Shown here piece by piece: positions 27,401 through 39,756 of a stretch of DNA of 64,000 nt; within the stretch, counting starts at the first letter, position 1, and every line of letters starts with the position of its first letter. This DNA is from Antedon mediterranea (taxonomy: Eukaryota > Animalia > Echinodermata). The notes below the pieces were generated by a model, which was not told the origin of the DNA, searched no databases, and saw nothing but the letters and a program-made list of their open reading frames with translations. Where the stretch lies: the NCBI RefSeq assembly GCF_964355755.1, contig NC_092679.1, positions 23,543,432 to 23,607,431 on the forward strand, read 5' to 3'. The translations under genes and the position numbers were made by a program.

Positions 27401-29002
27401 AAACATTGCGCGTTTAAGTCCGAATATTGTCGGAAAGACGCATACAGATATCTACTTACTCGTCGCCCCAAGGTCCAGTCCATTCACAACGTTCTGTACT
27501 GAGAACTCGAATGATATTTGCCCAACACATAATGTTATTGTCGTTGTACATTACCTGAAAGATGGTAACAAAATTGCAATAAGACATTATATAAAACAAG
27601 TACCCTGTCCATTTCATTTATTATTCAGTACAAAGATATTGCCATTTCTAAATAAATCTATTGAAACTGTATAGTGAGGATTTTGGATAAGCCAATACGT
27701 TTAGATGTAGATATGTTGCCAATGATTGGCTTAAATATGGTCAAGGCTATAACTTACTTTTTTTACGCTTCCATTTAGAATGTACAATGTTTTCGGTTTG
27801 AGACCACAATAATCCGAATGTCCGAAAGCTAAAGTAGCGGTCACGAGTGATCCGGTTTTTCTGCACATTTTCAATTTTGAAGAAAGTGTAGCCTCTGTAC
27901 AATCGGACACTTGTACTCTCTCAACAGTACCACCAGATAGATCGATCAACGCTTCAGGAATCTCAAAAGTACAATCCATCGCTTCGTAACGCATCAATAG
28001 CCTTTAGAAAACAAATATGATTATGTTATAGATTAAACAGTAATATAATCTAGGTTAAACTTATCTAATTGATACGGTAGCTTACTTGGCCAATGCCTTT
28101 TCCATGAGAGGGGCCCAGAATTCATCTTTTGATTGGCAGCGACCAAACATCAGTTTACCATCCAGTGTTGGCAGTCGATCGTCAATTACAATTTCATACC
28201 AAGATCCAAATCTCCAGAATCTGAACCTAAAGATGCCTTTATAGTTGTCTTTGAACGACTGTTCTGGACACACGTAGTTGAGTACGGACGGAACAAGCGT
28301 CATCCCTGCCAATGCGTTCATAAATGACGCGTTTGCTGTAGGAAAATTTAGGACAAACGTTACAATGTTGTTTGTTGCAAAGCGTTTCGCCTATAAATTG
28401 TAAAAGAACTTTATACTGAATTTATAAATTAAAGACACCAAATTCTTACCAAGGCCCTCGTCTCCTGCTAAAATAACCTCATTAAATGATGCTCCATCTT
28501 TAAAGAAGAATGCTTCCTGCTTGCCTTCTAAGATTTCCTAAGAGAAAACACAAGGTTTTGTGGATGGAACCCAAAATGTTAGACCTAGTTAAAAGGCAGC
28601 AGATTGAAAAATTCTAGCTAGCTTATATGCCCTAGGCCGTTGCAAATAAAAATCGTATGGGTTCATGGAGTAGTTATTTCTACATTTATATAGTTACCGC
28701 CTAATTAAAGTAAAGCGAATAATATTGCATACCCATGAATATGCCTAGTACAATTTATTAATGTTAGTTATTGTAAGTACTATTTATTGAATATAAAAAC
28801 TTACTTTTGGACGTAGCCACTTGATGTCATTTCGCCTCTCGTAGAAGTCAAACAAAAATGTATCTTCTTTCAAGAAGATAGACTCGTTACATGCCCCAAA
28901 CCGGGGATCTTCGAACAGGTTATCCTTACTGTACTGACTATCCGCTATCAAATCAGCATACGTTTGGTCCCAAAGCGTGTTTACTTGTGTCGACACAGCC
29001 AT
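24488..29002 (-). CDS. Calpain-like protein (CysPc + domain III/CBSW + penta-EF-hand), predicted catalytically inactive
   Basis: 18 phase-compatible exons: 28805-29002, 28450-28537, 28086-28335, 27758-28001, 27460-27554, 27245-27322, 26990-27150, 26598-26734, 26283-26485, 26054-26099, about 25882-25947, 25745-25802, 25596-25654, 25376-25444, 25215-25293, 24975-25091, 24756-24814 and 24488-24514. Motifs include LFEDPRF, WLRPKEI, GIFRFRFWRFGSW..IVIDDRLP, EFWAPLMEKA.AK, EWTGPWGD, DGDFWM, NPQY, PGNYVVIPSTF and the EF loop DKDNSKSLDASE. Confidence 0.92.
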
Positions 29003-30887
29003 GATAATAGACGTGAAACTCGAATAAGTCCGAATGAAATAGGTGGGTCTATAGTAAACCGGCAGAACGTGTTGTCTCGACGACAGCAGCGGTAAGACTA
29101 AATGTACAAACCAAAACCAGGTCTATACACCATGTTTCTGAAACTCCCGTGTTTTGATTGGATGAAATTGTACCATGTGACACATACCACACCTGCATAA
29201 TTATTACCAGGTGAATTAATACGCTGGCTGGCCAATGACTGAAGCTAAATTTAAATGCAAACTGTATGACTACATAGACATTTATGTGGGAATAATACAT
29301 GCCACATTTGGGACGCGTTACTATTAAGTCAATAACATACTTATTTCCACGTTACTGGTATTCGTAGTAATGAAATATCATGTTTGTTAACCCGTTCCTA
29401 TTGATATTCCATATGTGTTGACGCGTTATTATTAATTAGGCATTAGACAAACTTGTATTGTTGAGGTACACTTGTTTAGGCCTGAGCCTGATACTTTCTA
29501 ACCCCCAGACAGCACCAGCTTACGCCTCTGCGAGGCAGCAAGAACTTGCATTATTAGGCTACTATTTTTCGTAGCAATGGAATATTACAGACTCGCTTAT
29601 GTTTGTTATTGTGTATGGTTACCCACAAAAAGAAGCTTGGCTCAATAAGAAGAAGATGTTAATTTAATTCTATCGGAATAACACCAATGTAAGTAACCTC
29701 CACCTTTTTGTTGCAACGTTAGGTAGTATAAATAGTTTTATTGAACTAAGTATTACTTAGTTAATTTTAGAATCTCTGCTTTGAATAACCAGAATACCTT
29801 GATGTTCTTGTGTTCAACAAACCAAGTCTATTCAGCCCTTTATGTGAAACAATAGTTATTGCCTAGCCTAGTAGCATTGATTTAGAATGGTTGTTAATGA
29901 GTGTACAATGGATTAAGGTATAGAAAAATATCCATGAATACACACAAAAAACACAAAACCATTATTGAAAGGAAAAACGTGAATACACTACTGTATCAGT
30001 AATTTACTTATTTCATGCTTTTAAACGCCTACAGCAAACATTAAAATAGGATTCTCGACACAAAGTTAAACAATATATAATGTTATTTTTTACTCTGAAA
30101 TGTCTTTATAGTATTTTGGTAAGGAGATCATTAGGTGTTATGCGAGATGAAATAATATGAGTTAAAGAATTTAGGTTGTAATTGAAAGTAGTATTCATAC
30201 TGAATTAACAAGGCCAATACATGGCGGCTGTCGCGTGCGCAAATTTGAGTTAGTGTTTACCGACCGACCGACATACTGAGCTATAGAGTCGCGTTGCACG
30301 CGACTAAAAACGTTTGAAAATTCCGCGGCGTCTTCTGCCAGTTGTTGCTTCCTTGCCGGCAAACAATGACGTAATTCATAGCGTGTCCTTTGGATGCCAT
30401 TGTTGTAAGTGACGTCACACCCACACAACTACATTTTTTAAATGGAGCCAAAACAATAAAATGATCAGTAATAGGACAGAATTTTATTTATTGTTAAAGA
30501 AACAGTTTGTGAAGTTTACAACAAAACTAATAAACAATATAAAAGATATAAGAAACTTTATTTGTCTTCGTGACAGCAATTCCAATTAAAAAGAATCATA
30601 TAAATGTCTATAAAAATGGCAGTAATATTTAAAAAAAATTAGTTAAAACCGTAAGGTTACAAATTACAGTCTAGAGACACCGGTGTTAAAAATATTATTA
30701 GAATTTGGTAAAGACGAATTTCTAAAAAGACTATATAGATTCATGATTTGGAGTAGATTTACGGCAGTCTAAAATCATTTATTTTGTTTTACTGACATAC
30801 TGTATATTAATTACCATTCAACAAACCTATTTATTTCCTAACTTACATATTCCTGAGCATTGTCGCAAAGAAACACGTATAAAATTT

Positions 30888-31048
30888 ACACTCGTTCTTG
30901 GTTCAAATTAACACTCGTTCTTGGTTCAAATTAACACTCGTTCTTGGTTCAAATTAACACTCGTTCTTGGTTCAAATTAACACTCGTTCTTGGTTCAAAT
31001 TAACACTCGTTCTTGGTTCAAATTAACACTCGTTCTTGGTTCAAATTT
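30888..31048. repeat. 23-bp tandem repeat (acactcgttcttggttcaaatta) x7
   Basis: Seven essentially perfect units. Confidence 0.95.
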
Positions 31049-32347
31049 CACACCCAATAGACAATAAACTAAAGCAATTTTTTAAACTTAATTTTATTTT
31101 CAATTATGAAATATAACATAGTGTTGTGCGTTGTAGGAGTCTACACTGTTAATATATGTATGAATCTCCTAAAGCTTGACACACATTTCCAACAACTAAA
31201 AAAGAACAAAAAGAGAAATGTGTATTAAAGTAATGGACCCACACCAAAACATGTATTGACTTTCACCGTACGGTACAGTATTGTCACAATAAAGCAAGAA
31301 CAACAAGTAAACAATTGAAACACAGAACAAAAATAATAAATGGTTAAAAAAAAAGATATGAAAAGCATAAACCACCGAAATCATGGACCAGCTGAGACTT
31401 CATGCGTCTAAGAAACATGGATGCATTTGGTTGCTAATTATTGATGATGTTTGATGATGAGTACATGATACTTCCTGATATTAACAATATGGATGAAGGT
31501 CTTTTAACCATGGCGGTCATTTTAATTTCAATATGACGGCCACTAGGGTCTTGTTTTTTGGTCTCTATGTGTTGTGATCATTTGGTAGCTGTGGGAAGTT
31601 GACACAAGTACACGATTCTTCTCTAAAATCAAAATTAGCCACCCTGCAGTACTGTTATATAAATCCTAGTAGATCATAGAGTTTTGTTAGAACGTTTGTT
31701 ATAGTGAAAAATGTATCTATTTATTCCAAATTCGACACATTAATCGTTATTGGCTATGACGGGTCTAGAGTTTAGCATGGGCAAAGCCCAACATAGCATT
31801 AGTTATCTCTAAAGCCTGGTTCAATACAATTGCAATTGAAAATATAAATATATAAAAGATAATTATGAAATGTTATGTTGCACAAGCAAGTGAAAAGCAG
31901 TGTTGTAATAGTAGTCGTAACTTTTTTAATACACTTATCGTATTTTAATAATAGAATAATGAACAAAAGTGGACTTACACTCACGATAGAGAAAAAAATA
32001 GTAACGTGCTAAAAACTATTCTGAGTCAAAACAGAGGACGCTATAGGATATTCACTCATACATCTAAAATGATAATGTATTGTCCCCCACAAACATAAAA
32101 AATGAAGATCAATCTATAGGTAATTTCGCAGTTTTAATAAATTTATTAAAAAACTATCATAACAAAATATTTCATAAATAATAGAAAACAAAAAAATCCA
32201 TTACATTGTCTTTTTTCAGGTAAAGAAATTAGTTTGTCACATTAAAATGGCATGTTTTATATAACCTATAGGCTAAGTTATCGTCGATCGATATCGTCCC
32301 AGTATAAATGGGACTTAAGGTCTAAGTACACCGAATGATTTACTTAC

Positions 32348-32406
32348 ATCTTCAAGCGATAAGGTCACAGATTTCTTAGACGAACCACCATGCTTTTCAA
32401 ATTTCC
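32348..32406 (-). pseudogene. Orphan paralogous copy of the calpain penultimate exon
   Basis: 59-nt exon with intact AG/GT, encoding KFEKHGGSSKKSVTLSLED versus KFEKLGGSNEKSVALTIED at 24756-24814. The adjacent intron-like sequence (gtggaatcatcaagcg) is also similar. Confidence 0.75.
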
Positions 32407-33350
32407 CTGTAAGAAATAGTTTAATATTATTTTCTGTATCACTTACGCTGGAATTACCAAGCACCATAAAGTGGTCCTGCTTATAGTGGTATCGTACGTT
32501 ACACGGTGGTCGTGTGAATAGAGAAATCAGTAAGTGTCATACGATGTTCGAAATAATGGTGGAATCATCAAGCGTGGTCGGACGAATATTTATTTGTAAC
32601 GTATTCGTTTCCGTTATCCTATTCGTAATGGTGAAAAACCTCCCTATTACTAAGTTAGCCGCGCGTATGAGTTACTGTATTATCAATTCAATTTCAGACA
32701 GGCAGTCCACATACAATAGTTACGATTGTTTTATTTTATTTTACTAACGCCTGTTTACATTAGTAAACATTCATTGTTTCTGATTGGTTGGACACTTTTT
32801 TATGTTAAAATGCCAATACGCTTGCGCAGTAGCGCCACTTATGCACGCATGCGTATTGATATTGACATCTTAAAAACTGCGACGAATTCTAGATCGTTGA
32901 GTTTATCCAATAGATGACCTATCTCAAGGTGGAAGCCTATAAGTTGAATCTTATCAACATCAGTGTCACTCTTATTCCTTTCTATGTCGTATAGTTAATT
33001 GTTTTTTTCCCCGTCGTATTAGTTCTTCATTTACTCTTTAATCATGCCTCATCGAAGAGGTCAGCAGATATGTTTCATTTCACCAACAACTAATTAATTC
33101 AACATTTTGTTTGAAGTCCTTTGTATATTTGTCTAATCGAACGAGGTGGTTTGAAATTGTATTACTGAAGTATTGCGACAGCTTATTTTCTGTAGTAACA
33201 TTTTACATACACGTATTGTCTATTATTTTGAGTCCTGTTTAGACATTTTAAAATTATACTCGAAATCGTTTTATACAGGTTTTTGTTATAGGTTGTAGGT
33301 GAATTGACTTTGCAGTTTTGGATGTGTGTAAAACACGATTTGATAGTAAA

Positions 33351-34190
33351 ATGACAACTCCGTCAGTAACCCAAGACGTTTGGATGAATGAAGCATGCGA
33401 AATTCTCAATACGGAACGTTTCTATATTTACGCATTACCAATTCTTTACGGATTTTGTGTAATCGCTTTCTTTGCGAACATCTTCATTTTAATTCTGATT
33501 ATTTCTTCTAAAAGGCTCCGAAAGAAGCAAAACGTTTTTGTAAGTTTACTTGCTTCAACTGACGCAGTTAATCCGATGTTAACCATAGCATCGTACATTT
33601 TATTGTTGAACAAACATGATGGTTATAACTATCTATTCCGAGTATTTAATGGAACATATTTGGTATCTGCCTGTTCAATCGCTTGTATCGCAATTGATCG
33701 TTACATCGCACTTGTTTTGGCACCGATGAAATATCATCTTATTGTCACCAAGAAAACCTGCGCAATTGCCGTTTTAACAGTCCTAACAATTCAAATTGTT
33801 GTTACGATATACATCAACTCTATAAGTTTTTCAATTATTTTATTGGTATATTTGTTTATTAACACATTTTTATATGTAACGATTTACTTCAGTATTCGTA
33901 GACACAGCAAACGCAATCAATTACCAGGTATGAATTCTACAAAAATGTTGACGACTTTTTGTATCATTGTAGGCGTGTTCATTTTAACATGTGTACCTGT
34001 GTGTGTAAGCACTCTAGTTCTCGTAAAAGACAGTAGTAGTAATTACGTTAGCAAAGATGTATTTACAGTATATATATTTCATTGTTTGTTATTTTTAAAT
34101 TCTATTGTAAATCCTTTTATTTACTGGTTTCGACTTACAGAATTCAGAAAAGCGTTAGGCGATATTTGGTGCTTTAAACGGAACTACTAA
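33351..34190 (+). CDS. Intronless rhodopsin-class (class A) GPCR, lineage-expanded orphan/chemosensory-like
   Basis: Seven hydrophobic segments with RLRKKQNVFVSLLASTD, IAIDRYIA, TCVP and NSIVNPFIYWFR. The ATG is at 33351, and a probable 5' UTR acceptor (ttatacag) at about 33278 is mirrored in the paralog at about 39032. Confidence 0.9.
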   Translation: MTTPSVTQDVWMNEACEILNTERFYIYALPILYGFCVIAFFANIFILILIISSKRLRKKQNVFVSLLASTDAVNPMLTIASYILLLNKHDGYNYLFRVFNGTYLVSACSIACIAIDRYIALVLAPMKYHLIVTKKTCAIAVLTVLTIQIVVTIYINSISFSIILLVYLFINTFLYVTIYFSIRRHSKRNQLPGMNSTKMLTTFCIIVGVFILTCVPVCVSTLVLVKDSSSNYVSKDVFTVYIFHCLLFLNSIVNPFIYWFRLTEFRKALGDIWCFKRNY

Positions 34191-34539
34191 TATATAAATA
34201 CTGAACTTAAGTTTCAAATTAACAACCCCTAATTTTTGCGATCGTTAAGGTCGCGTGGACATTTAGGGCTTTTACAGAATGCCGGAAATCACACTACTAA
34301 CTAAAGTTAATTAATATTATTAATAGTAACACGTAAATTGATTTATGAATCATAGTTTACTAATACATTTGGTTTACTCTTGTTGAAGTTCTCTGCATAT
34401 TTGTTGAATCAAACAATGCATCATCCTGACTATTGTGTGCAGGACGGGTGACATATATAAATATTGAATTCTATCATACCTATTTATTTCTTGCTATTAT
34501 AAATTATAAATTTCGCATGTAATAAGGAAGATTCTTTAC

Positions 34540-34960
34540 TCTCATTGCCTTGTCCTTCATCAACATCTTTGTTTTAATTCTGATTATTTCCTCTAAAAGG
34601 CTTCGAAAGAAGCAAAACGTTTTTGTAAGTTTACTTGCATTAACGGACGCAATTAATCCTATGTCCAAACGCAATCAATTGCAAAGACCGACTTCTACAA
34701 AAATGTTGACGACTTTTTGTATCATTGTAGGCGCGCGTGTTCATGTTAACATGTGCACGTACCTTTATGTGTAAACAACATAATTGTCGTCTTAAAGGGC
34801 AGTAGTAATAATGATTTCGGGAACGCTGTATTTACAATATATATATATATATATTATTGTTTGTTATAAATTCTATTGCGAATCCTTTCATTTACTGGTT
34901 TCGACTTACTGATTTTAGAAAAGCGTTAGGGAATATTTGGTGCTTTAACAGGTGCTTTAA
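34540..34960 (+). pseudogene. GPCR pseudogene, internally deleted copy of the 33351 gene
   Basis: TM1-TM2 is fused directly to ICL3-TM6 (INPM|SKRNQL), with frameshifts and a stop before NPFIYWFRLT. Confidence 0.9.
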
Positions 34961-35263
34961 CTACGCCTAATAAACAAACTTACGACTATTCTTAATTTTC
35001 CTTATCATTGTCATATCGCGAAAATTAAGGACTTAAAGTATTACCGCATCACATTACCTAAAGTGTATACATTCTGGGACGTGATTGAAATAATCTAAGT
35101 TAATTAGTTAATCCACCAATCACTATCGCTTATTCTTGTTGCAGTCTTTTCCATATTTGTTAGAGCAGGCAGGTTTTATCAATATTGCAGTATACTGTGA
35201 CTTGGAAGAAACTCTGTGGCTAAAAATCTTTCCAAAAAACTTGAACCAAAAGTAAACATAAAA

Positions 35264-36090
35264 ATGAGCCAGCAAAATACAAGTTCGTTGATAGATCAAG
35301 CATCGATCGGTTCTTCATTTACGCATTACCAATCCTCTATACATTTTGTACTTTCGCATTTGTCACCAACCGATTTGTCTTGACTTTGATTATAATTTCT
35401 AATATACAGAATGTCTTTATAAGTCTACTAGCTTTTTCTGATTCTACGGGATCTCTTCTGGTTCTGTTCTCTTACGTATTTGTATTACTAAAACAGCATG
35501 TTTATTGGATCCTATGGACTTATATGAATGTCGTAATGTTGATATCAATATGTTCAATCTCTTGTATCGCTATTGATCGCTACATCGCACACTTGTTTGG
35601 GCTCCGATGAAATACCATCTTATTGTCACCAAGAAGACATGCTCATTAGCCGTTATAGTTATAATAGTAAGCCAGATTGTTATTAGTATTTGTTTTGGGT
35701 TATGTCCTATATGCCTGACTATTGTCTACTTGTCCGTGTACTTGATAGTAAACGCAGCAATTTATATTCTAATTTACAAATCCATTCGAAAACACAAGAG
35801 AAATATTCCAGTTTCAACGCAAAGTGTAGACGCATCTCGGAAGATGTTAGCAACGTTTTGTGTAATAGTCGGTGTGCTAACTCTAACATGTGGACCAATT
35901 TGTTTACACAATATCATCAAGATTTTGCATGGGTATTCTAGTGAACCGAATATGGAAAATATTCTTACGCTTTATATATATAATTGTTTGTTAGTGATTA
36001 ACTCTCTTACTAACCCGATTATTTACTGGTTTCGCCTTTCTGAGTTTACTGTAGAAGAGCAGTGAAAGAAGTAACTCACGTTTGCAGAAG
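35264..36090 (+). pseudogene. GPCR pseudogene (frameshifted paralog)
   Basis: The FIYALP, DRYIA, PMKYHLIVTKKTC and NPIIYWFRL motifs are present but split across frames. Lesions are a frameshift near 35300, loss of the RLRKK segment, +2 nt at about 35590 and a further shift near 36048. Confidence 0.85.
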
Positions 36091-37059
36091 TGACAATTTG
36101 ACAAGAAGTTGACTGTAAATAAGGATTCAATCTCTACTTATTTTTTAATTATAGGATACCTTACATTAGACAAATCATACCAATAACTGTTTTGTTTTCA
36201 TCTCATAATACTTTGCACTTGCGTTTTCTAGTGTCACGCTTGCGCGGTAACGTCGTGTCTTTCTGTTGTGTCATTATTATACTTCGTTGTAATTGAGATG
36301 TATTTGACAGAATGACAGATACTTTGAAAATTAACTTAGATGATATTAAAATCAGTGTGTTGATTATATATTGTGAATAATAATTAGCTGACAGTGGCAT
36401 GGTTGTCAATAATTAATGATTACATTAATTTGATGAGATTGCGTCGTACAATAACAATGAATGTTAATGAAAATTGACATTATGACGTGATAAGGAATTA
36501 AATATATTTCTTGTTCTTTGATAGGATAAGTTTAATTTTGTAATGTTTTTTTTAGGTGTAATCTAACTTTCCAGATTGTATATAAGGAAGTTTATGGTCA
36601 AGATACGTTTGTGTCTAACCTCAAGTCGTAAGATGTGTGTTCTTGTTTTAAAGGTGTAGGATGTGACGTAGTTAATGCGAAATGCAATATTATTTTAAAA
36701 TTCTAGTATTGTTTTTATGAAAATAAAAATAAAAAAGCATACATTTACACCACATGTTGTTCAAAGACGAACACGATTTTCTTCATTGCTTCTATAAATG
36801 GATGACTAGTAGACCAAACCTAGTAACCGTTTTGATATTACGATCACTCGGGAAATTCATAGACCATAATTATTAGGTTTGGGAACAAAATAAAGACATG
36901 TACTTGTCTATGTATTTTTGATTTTATACATAATAATTGTTTCAAAATAGTATTTTATTATATTCATAAACGTACTAGAAAATGAGCTACAAGTATAAAC
37001 CGATGTTCAAATTGTTATGTTTTAATTAATTACAGAATAAATATTTACAGAAAAGCAAT

Positions 37060-37468
37060 GTATATTTTGATACACAAACAAGTTGGTTGTAGCCGAATGC
37101 TATTAGCCTTCCATATTGTTATTGTCAAAGTACAATAAGTCCTAATAACAAAATAGTAAAAACAACTTGATTTTGTTATTTGATGTTATTAAAATATCAA
37201 CGTTAAACAGGAATCACATATCATTAACCAACTGTTAATACGAACAAAAATATTCGGCTACAACCAACTTGTTTGTGTATCAAAATATACAAACAAGTTG
37301 GTTGTAGCCGAATGCTATTAGCCTTCCATATTGTTATTGTCAAAGTACAATAAGTCCTAATAACAAAATAGTAAAAACAACTTGATTTTGTTATTTGATG
37401 TTATTAAAATATCAACGTTAAACAGGAATCACATATCATTAACCAACTGTTAATACGAACAAAAATAT
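37060..37468. repeat. Inverted repeat plus direct duplication of about 180 bp
   Basis: atattttgatacacaaacaagttggttgtagccgaat (about 37062-37098) is inverted at about 37252-37288, and 37073-37250 is repeated at 37289-37468. Confidence 0.85.
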
Positions 37469-37469
37469 T

Positions 37470-38080
37470 ACATCGTTTTTAACCGCCTTTTAAATGTTCA
37501 GTGTCTTCCGCAACCAGTAAACATTTCTTCAATTTATTTTAAACCGGTCTGTTTCTTCAACCGATTTTTAAAATCTTAAAAATTCGGTTAGCCGAAACCG
37601 ATAAATTTTCCTTTCAACTAATATTAAAACAAATCGTTTCTTAAACAAACTTTTTAAATTCTGGAACCAGTAATTGTTTTTTCAACCTTATCTAAAAAAC
37701 GGTTCTTAAACCAAAGTTACAAATTCAGTAAGCCAAAACCAGTAACGTAACCAATATTTAAACAATTCGTTTCTTTAGAGTCTTTTTTTGAAATTGAATA
37801 AGTCAAAACCACGACAGTTAAAATGTTTCTTTCCAACCTATTTTTTAACTATGTGTTTCTATGTTTCTTTCAAATAATTTTGTTTATAGAACAAACCGTT
37901 TCTTTAAATCAGTAAATGTTTCTTCAACCCATCTAACACAAATTGTTTCTATGTTTCTTTCAACCATTTCTCCAAACGCATTTTCAAATTTAGTTACCAG
38001 TAAACGTTTCTGTCAAGCATTCTTTAATAACCCGTTCCTTTTTAAATTCAGTAGGCTGGCGAAATCAGTAAACGTTTCTT
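37470..38080 (-). repeat. Degenerate tandem copies of the GPCR C-terminal coding segment in the 3' flank
   Basis: A recurrent ttttaaattcagtaagcc..aaccagtaaac..ttt.ttcaac motif matches 38095-38150. Confidence 0.65.
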
Positions 38081-38992
38081 TCAAGTAAGCTTTAAACAAA
38101 CTGTTTCTTCAAACGCCCTTTTAAATTCAGTAAGCCGGAACCAGTAAACTATAGGATTCGCAAGATAGTTTATGGTCAGCATGCAGTAAGTAAAATACAT
38201 TTGAAGCATAGACCCCAAGTTTACTTTAAAAATAGGCCATAAAAAGATATTTAAAATATTCACCAATGAAGCGAGTCCTACTGTGAAAATAAACACACAT
38301 ACTATAATAGAAAACGTCTTCAATATCATTTTGGACTCTTTTACTCGGTGTGTCGACCGAGAGATACTGTTTCTACAGTTGACAATACTTCTGTAAATTG
38401 TGATATACAGAAACGTGGTCAACATGATGTAAAAAAACATACCAAAAACAAAACATGGTTCACACAGAATGAATAAGCTCATCGTACTGACATAAACTAG
38501 GTGACTTACAAACAAAATAATAACGGTTATCGTACAAGTCTTCTTTGTGACAATAAGATGGTATTTCATCGGTGCCCAAACGAGTGCGATGTAGCGATCG
38601 ATAGCGATGAAAGCAACCGCACAAATTGATATAAAGATAAATGACTGCGATACTGCAAACACTAAACAGTAATATCTGATCTTGAGCGGTATCAGTGTAA
38701 AGACCAGAATGTTAAAAACAGAGCTCCATGCATCAGAGAACGCTAGCAAACTTATGAAAACATTCTGTTTCTTTCTCAGTTTTTTCTTAGCCATAATTAA
38801 CATCATTACAGTGATGTTCATTACACAAGCAAGCGCACAAAACACGTAATAAATTGGTAGCGCGTAAATGAAGACTTGTTCTTCTTGTATGATTTCTGTG
38901 GCATCATACATCCACTTAAGTGTAATATCACATCGTTTGTAAATCGAAGAATGTCTTTCGTCTGCTGTCGTTTCAGTTGTATTATTTACCAT
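38081..38992 (-). CDS. Intronless rhodopsin-class GPCR, paralog of the 33351 gene
   Basis: 303-aa ORF with KLRKKQNVFISLLAFSD, IAIDRYIALVWAPMKYHLIVTKKTC and NYLANPIVYWFRLTEFKRA. Confidence 0.9.
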   Translation of the reverse strand: MVNNTTETTADERHSSIYKRCDITLKWMYDATEIIQEEQVFIYALPIYYVFCALACVMNITVMMLIMAKKKLRKKQNVFISLLAFSDAWSSVFNILVFTLIPLKIRYYCLVFAVSQSFIFISICAVAFIAIDRYIALVWAPMKYHLIVTKKTCTITVIILFVSHLVYVSTMSLFILCEPCFVFGMFFYIMLTTFLYITIYRSIVNCRNSISRSTHRVKESKMILKTFSIIVCVFIFTVGLASLVNILNIFLWPIFKVNLGSMLQMYFTYCMLTINYLANPIVYWFRLTEFKRAFEETVCLKLT

Positions 38993-39756
38993 AATTGTTT
39001 TTACACCGACAATTTACAATTGTTGAAAACCTGTATAATAATATCAGCAATTAGTACTATTAGGTATTCCTGATTAATAATTAACTTCAATAGTAATATT
39101 ATATTCGCATAACAAGTTTTTCATCCATGCTTTCTTAAACCGTCGGAATAAGAAAACGTTGATCACAGGACTGTAGGCCTATATTTTAATGAATGACGAA
39201 AAGCAGTTTGATGTAAATTACAATAAGATATTGCCAAAATAATAATTCACATCAATCAATTTGACATGGTATAATTGAACTTAATTAATCGGTCGGATAG
39301 GTTTAAATATTTACTTAAGATATTAAAGATGTATTGGCCCCCAAAACATGAAAATGATGAAACGAATTCACTTAAAAAAAAGTTCTTCACTTTATAGAAA
39401 AAAGAAAAAAATTAAATTACATTTGAATTTTACAAGTGAATAATTTTTAATTTAAAAAAAAATTCATATTCAACAACAATGAAAATATATTTTTTCAGGA
39501 CAATAGGCCTATATCTTTAATAGTAACAGCTAATTTAGCTTTAAAAGTAAATATCAAAACAGTGATTAGTTATTGAAATATACATTCTTGCTAAAAAAAT
39601 ATACTACCTTTTAGCGTTTAAAATGATATTTTCGCCAGGAATGATAATCTTAACTCATAAACATTGAGGAAAACTATGAATACACGTAGATAATTATTAG
39701 CGTGCCCATCGGTTATTATGATATTACATACTAATCAACTCGATGACTTGTTCGCA

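Noticed and set aside
30195-30430. GC-richer patch with a TGACGTCA palindrome (also CCAAT-rich patches near 23500-23740 and 32780-32860)
   Set aside because: They look promoter-like but cannot be assigned to a transcript from sequence alone.
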